Positions 61,517-64,000 of a stretch of DNA of 64,000 nt are shown here, piece by piece. Source of the DNA: Gracilinanus agilis (Eukaryota). The notes below the pieces were generated by a model. It saw only the letters and a list, made by a program, of their open reading frames with translations, made no database searches and was not told where the DNA came from. Position numbers and translations under genes: made by a program. Positions within the stretch are counted from its first letter, which is position 1, and every line of letters starts with the position of its first letter. The stretch lies in contig NC_058134.1 in assembly GCF_016433145.1 (NCBI RefSeq), positions 283,927,920-283,991,919 on the forward strand, read 5' to 3'.

Positions 61517-62446
61517 ATGGATGATGATAATGGGACAGCAGTGACTGAATTTATTTTGTTGGGATTCTCAGGTTTGGGGACTTATCAGCTCCCCCTGTTT
61601 TGGGGAGTGCTCTTTGTCTACCTGATCACCCTGTTGGGCAACTCCCTGATCATCACCCTTACCCTGCTTGACTCAGCCCTGAGCACTCCCATGTACTTCT
61701 TCCTCAGACATCTCTCTATGTTAGAGATTTTTTATACTACAACTATTGTGCCTAGGATGCTGAGTGATCTCTTCTCCTTACATCCTTTCATCTCTCTTGC
61801 TAGCTGCTTCACTCAGATGTATTTCTTTATTCTCTTTGCCATTGCTGAATGCTGCCTGCTTACAGCCATGGCTTATGATCGTTTTGCTGCCATTTGCCGG
61901 CCCCTACACTATGCCACACTGATGAACAGACAGGTATGTGTGGGTATGGTGGGTGTGTCCTATATTATGGGCATCACCACAGGTACCACCAATGCTATGC
62001 TCATCTTTACCTTGCCTTTCCATGGCTCCAACATTGTTCACAACTTCTTCTGTGATAATTTGCCCATTTTGCGGCTGGCAAGTGCAGACACATTCTGGGC
62101 TGAGCTTGGGAATCTTATTTTCACCCTACTTTTTATCATTACTCCCTTTGCACTGATTGTATTTTCCTATGTCCGCATCCTCATTACCATTCTTGGGTTA
62201 GCCTCTGCTCAGGGACGCCAAAAGGTCTTCTCTACTTGCTCTTCCCACCTACTGGTTGTCACCCTTTTCTTTGGGACTGGGATCATTGCCTATGTGAAAC
62301 CTGGAGCCAATGTTTCTAAGGACATGGATCAAATCCTCTCCCTTTTCTACACAGTTGTAACCCCCATGTTCAATCCTTTTATCTATACTTTGAGGAACAA
62401 GGAGGTAATGGGAGCCCTGAGACGAAAGCTCACAAAACAACTTTGA
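61517..62446 (+). CDS. OR10P1-like: Olfactory receptor, OR10P-like (gene 4), intact 309 aa
   Basis: ATG at 61517 aligns with the paralog starts; the track's 61409 start is a TTG. All seven-TM motifs present. Confidence 0.95.
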   Translation: MDDDNGTAVTEFILLGFSGLGTYQLPLFWGVLFVYLITLLGNSLIITLTLLDSALSTPMYFFLRHLSMLEIFYTTTIVPRMLSDLFSLHPFISLASCFTQMYFFILFAIAECCLLTAMAYDRFAAICRPLHYATLMNRQVCVGMVGVSYIMGITTGTTNAMLIFTLPFHGSNIVHNFFCDNLPILRLASADTFWAELGNLIFTLLFIITPFALIVFSYVRILITILGLASAQGRQKVFSTCSSHLLVVTLFFGTGIIAYVKPGANVSKDMDQILSLFYTVVTPMFNPFIYTLRNKEVMGALRRKLTKQL

Positions 62447-64000
62447 AGTCTTTGAGAGTTCTAGTGATTTGCTTGACTTTCTTTTTTAATGTGTTGAGAG
62501 GAGCTTCCTGACTTAAAAACAATTAAAATGTATATTTTTCAAATGTCAGACATTTATTTGTTCTTCCACCCCCTCCAGACCTCAAAGAAAAAGATCACAA
62601 TCCTTGTAACAAATATTTGCGGTCAAGAAAAGGAAGTCCCTTTATTGACTTTGTCCAAAAATGTTTTATTCTGTATTTTGAGTGTTCTTCACCATTAAGA
62701 CAAGATCTTTGTAAAAGAAGGGGGATGGAACATGTGTTTTGAGTGTCTAGATCTTTTGAACAGTGTGAGGATTCCTGATCTTGGAAACTTGGGTAGGGAG
62801 AGGAGTCCCCTCAGTGTCCTGATTAAGTATAGCCATCCACAGAACTCTGATTTCATAGTGGGAATTAAAGAAATGGCCTAGGGAGAAATAGAGGGTCTTT
62901 ATTATATGGAATAATCAGGGAACATGAGTTGAAAAATATACATATGGTCCTATAAACATAGAGATGGGGCCACATGTGCTATGAAAATTGCTTTCTTCTA
63001 AACTGGACAAAGGAAGGTTTTTACAGAGTCATTCACATAAAGAGTTGTGCAGAAATAATTTTAACTGGGCAGGGGAATATCTGGAGAGCAGGGGAACATA
63101 GAGAATAGAGGGAAGGGAGGGAACAAGATCTAGTGTCAGAAACGGATCATGAAGGGGGGATTATGAGCAAAGAAAGAATAAGAACTTGAGATGACAACTA
63201 GGGAAGGAGAAGAGAAGAGGAGCAGGGGAGCCAGGGGATCATGAAGCGTTAAGAAAACTTCCCCTTTATTACTTTCTTTGCAAAAAGAGAGAAGAGAGAA
63301 ATGAAAAGAAAAAATCCAACAAAATTATAGCATGGAGGGAAAAATGCAATTGACAATTATAGTCACAAATATGAATGGGATGAAGTCACTCACAAAATGG
63401 CAGAAGATACCAGCATAGTTTAGCAAGTTGCTTATAAGAAATACATTGATCCATAGAGAATTATAAAAAGGGACTGGGGCAAAATTTTATTCTGTTTCAG
63501 GTGAATTAAAAGAAGTAGAGATAACGATCATGATTTCAGAGGAGACAATAGTAAAAATAGACAGGATTAAAAGAGATCAACAGGGAATCTTCATTATTCT
63601 TAAAGATACCATGAATAATGAATCAATATCAATACTTTATATCTGAAGAGGCAACCAGAAGCAGCTAGGTGGTACAGTGAAGAGAGTGCTGGAGGTGGAG
63701 TCTTGAAGACCATAATTCAAATGTGGCCTTTGACACTTACTTGCTTTGTGACTTTGGTTAAGTTTGCTTAATGTCTGCTTGCCTCAGTTTCTTCAGTTAT
63801 AAAATAAAGATGATAATATCACCTATATTTTAGTATTGTTATGAGAGTTAAATGAGATATTTGTGAAGTGCTTAGCACAGTGTCTGACATATAATTGGTG
63901 TTTATTAAATGCTTATTTCATTCTTTAATATCTACCTAGCTACTGAATGGCATGACATCTGAATACTTATAGGTGGGCAAGTATTATATTAGATAGCTAG

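Overview
Marsupial genomic DNA, probably opossum: it is CpG-poor and carries SINE1_Mdo-like SINEs, Tigger1a-like elements and marsupial L1. The window covers part of a tandem array of OR10P-like class II olfactory receptor genes, all on the + strand. Three are intact 309-aa genes (21318, 33651, 61517) and one is a frameshifted pseudogene (42282). Each sits in a paralogous flank unit of about 9-20 kb, inflated by ERV, LTR, L1, SINE, Tigger and hAT-MITE insertions. The most unusual observations: (1) an internally deleted C9orf78/TLS1 retrocopy with a CpG-rich, promoter-like 5' end; (2) a 66-bp copy of the TM6 coding sequence of OR gene 1 at a rearrangement junction 1.4 kb upstream of that gene; (3) a 9.1-kb ERV (ACAC target duplication, TA...TA termini) whose 5' interior is replaced by host OR-unit DNA, including an inverted 1.5-kb duplication; (4) mosaic OR paralogs that have lost conserved ECL2 and TM6 residues; (5) a hAT MITE at a putative upstream splice acceptor of OR gene 4. 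There are three N gaps. All family names and percent identities come from by-eye comparison and recall, not database searches. I found no evidence of a new multi-gene system.
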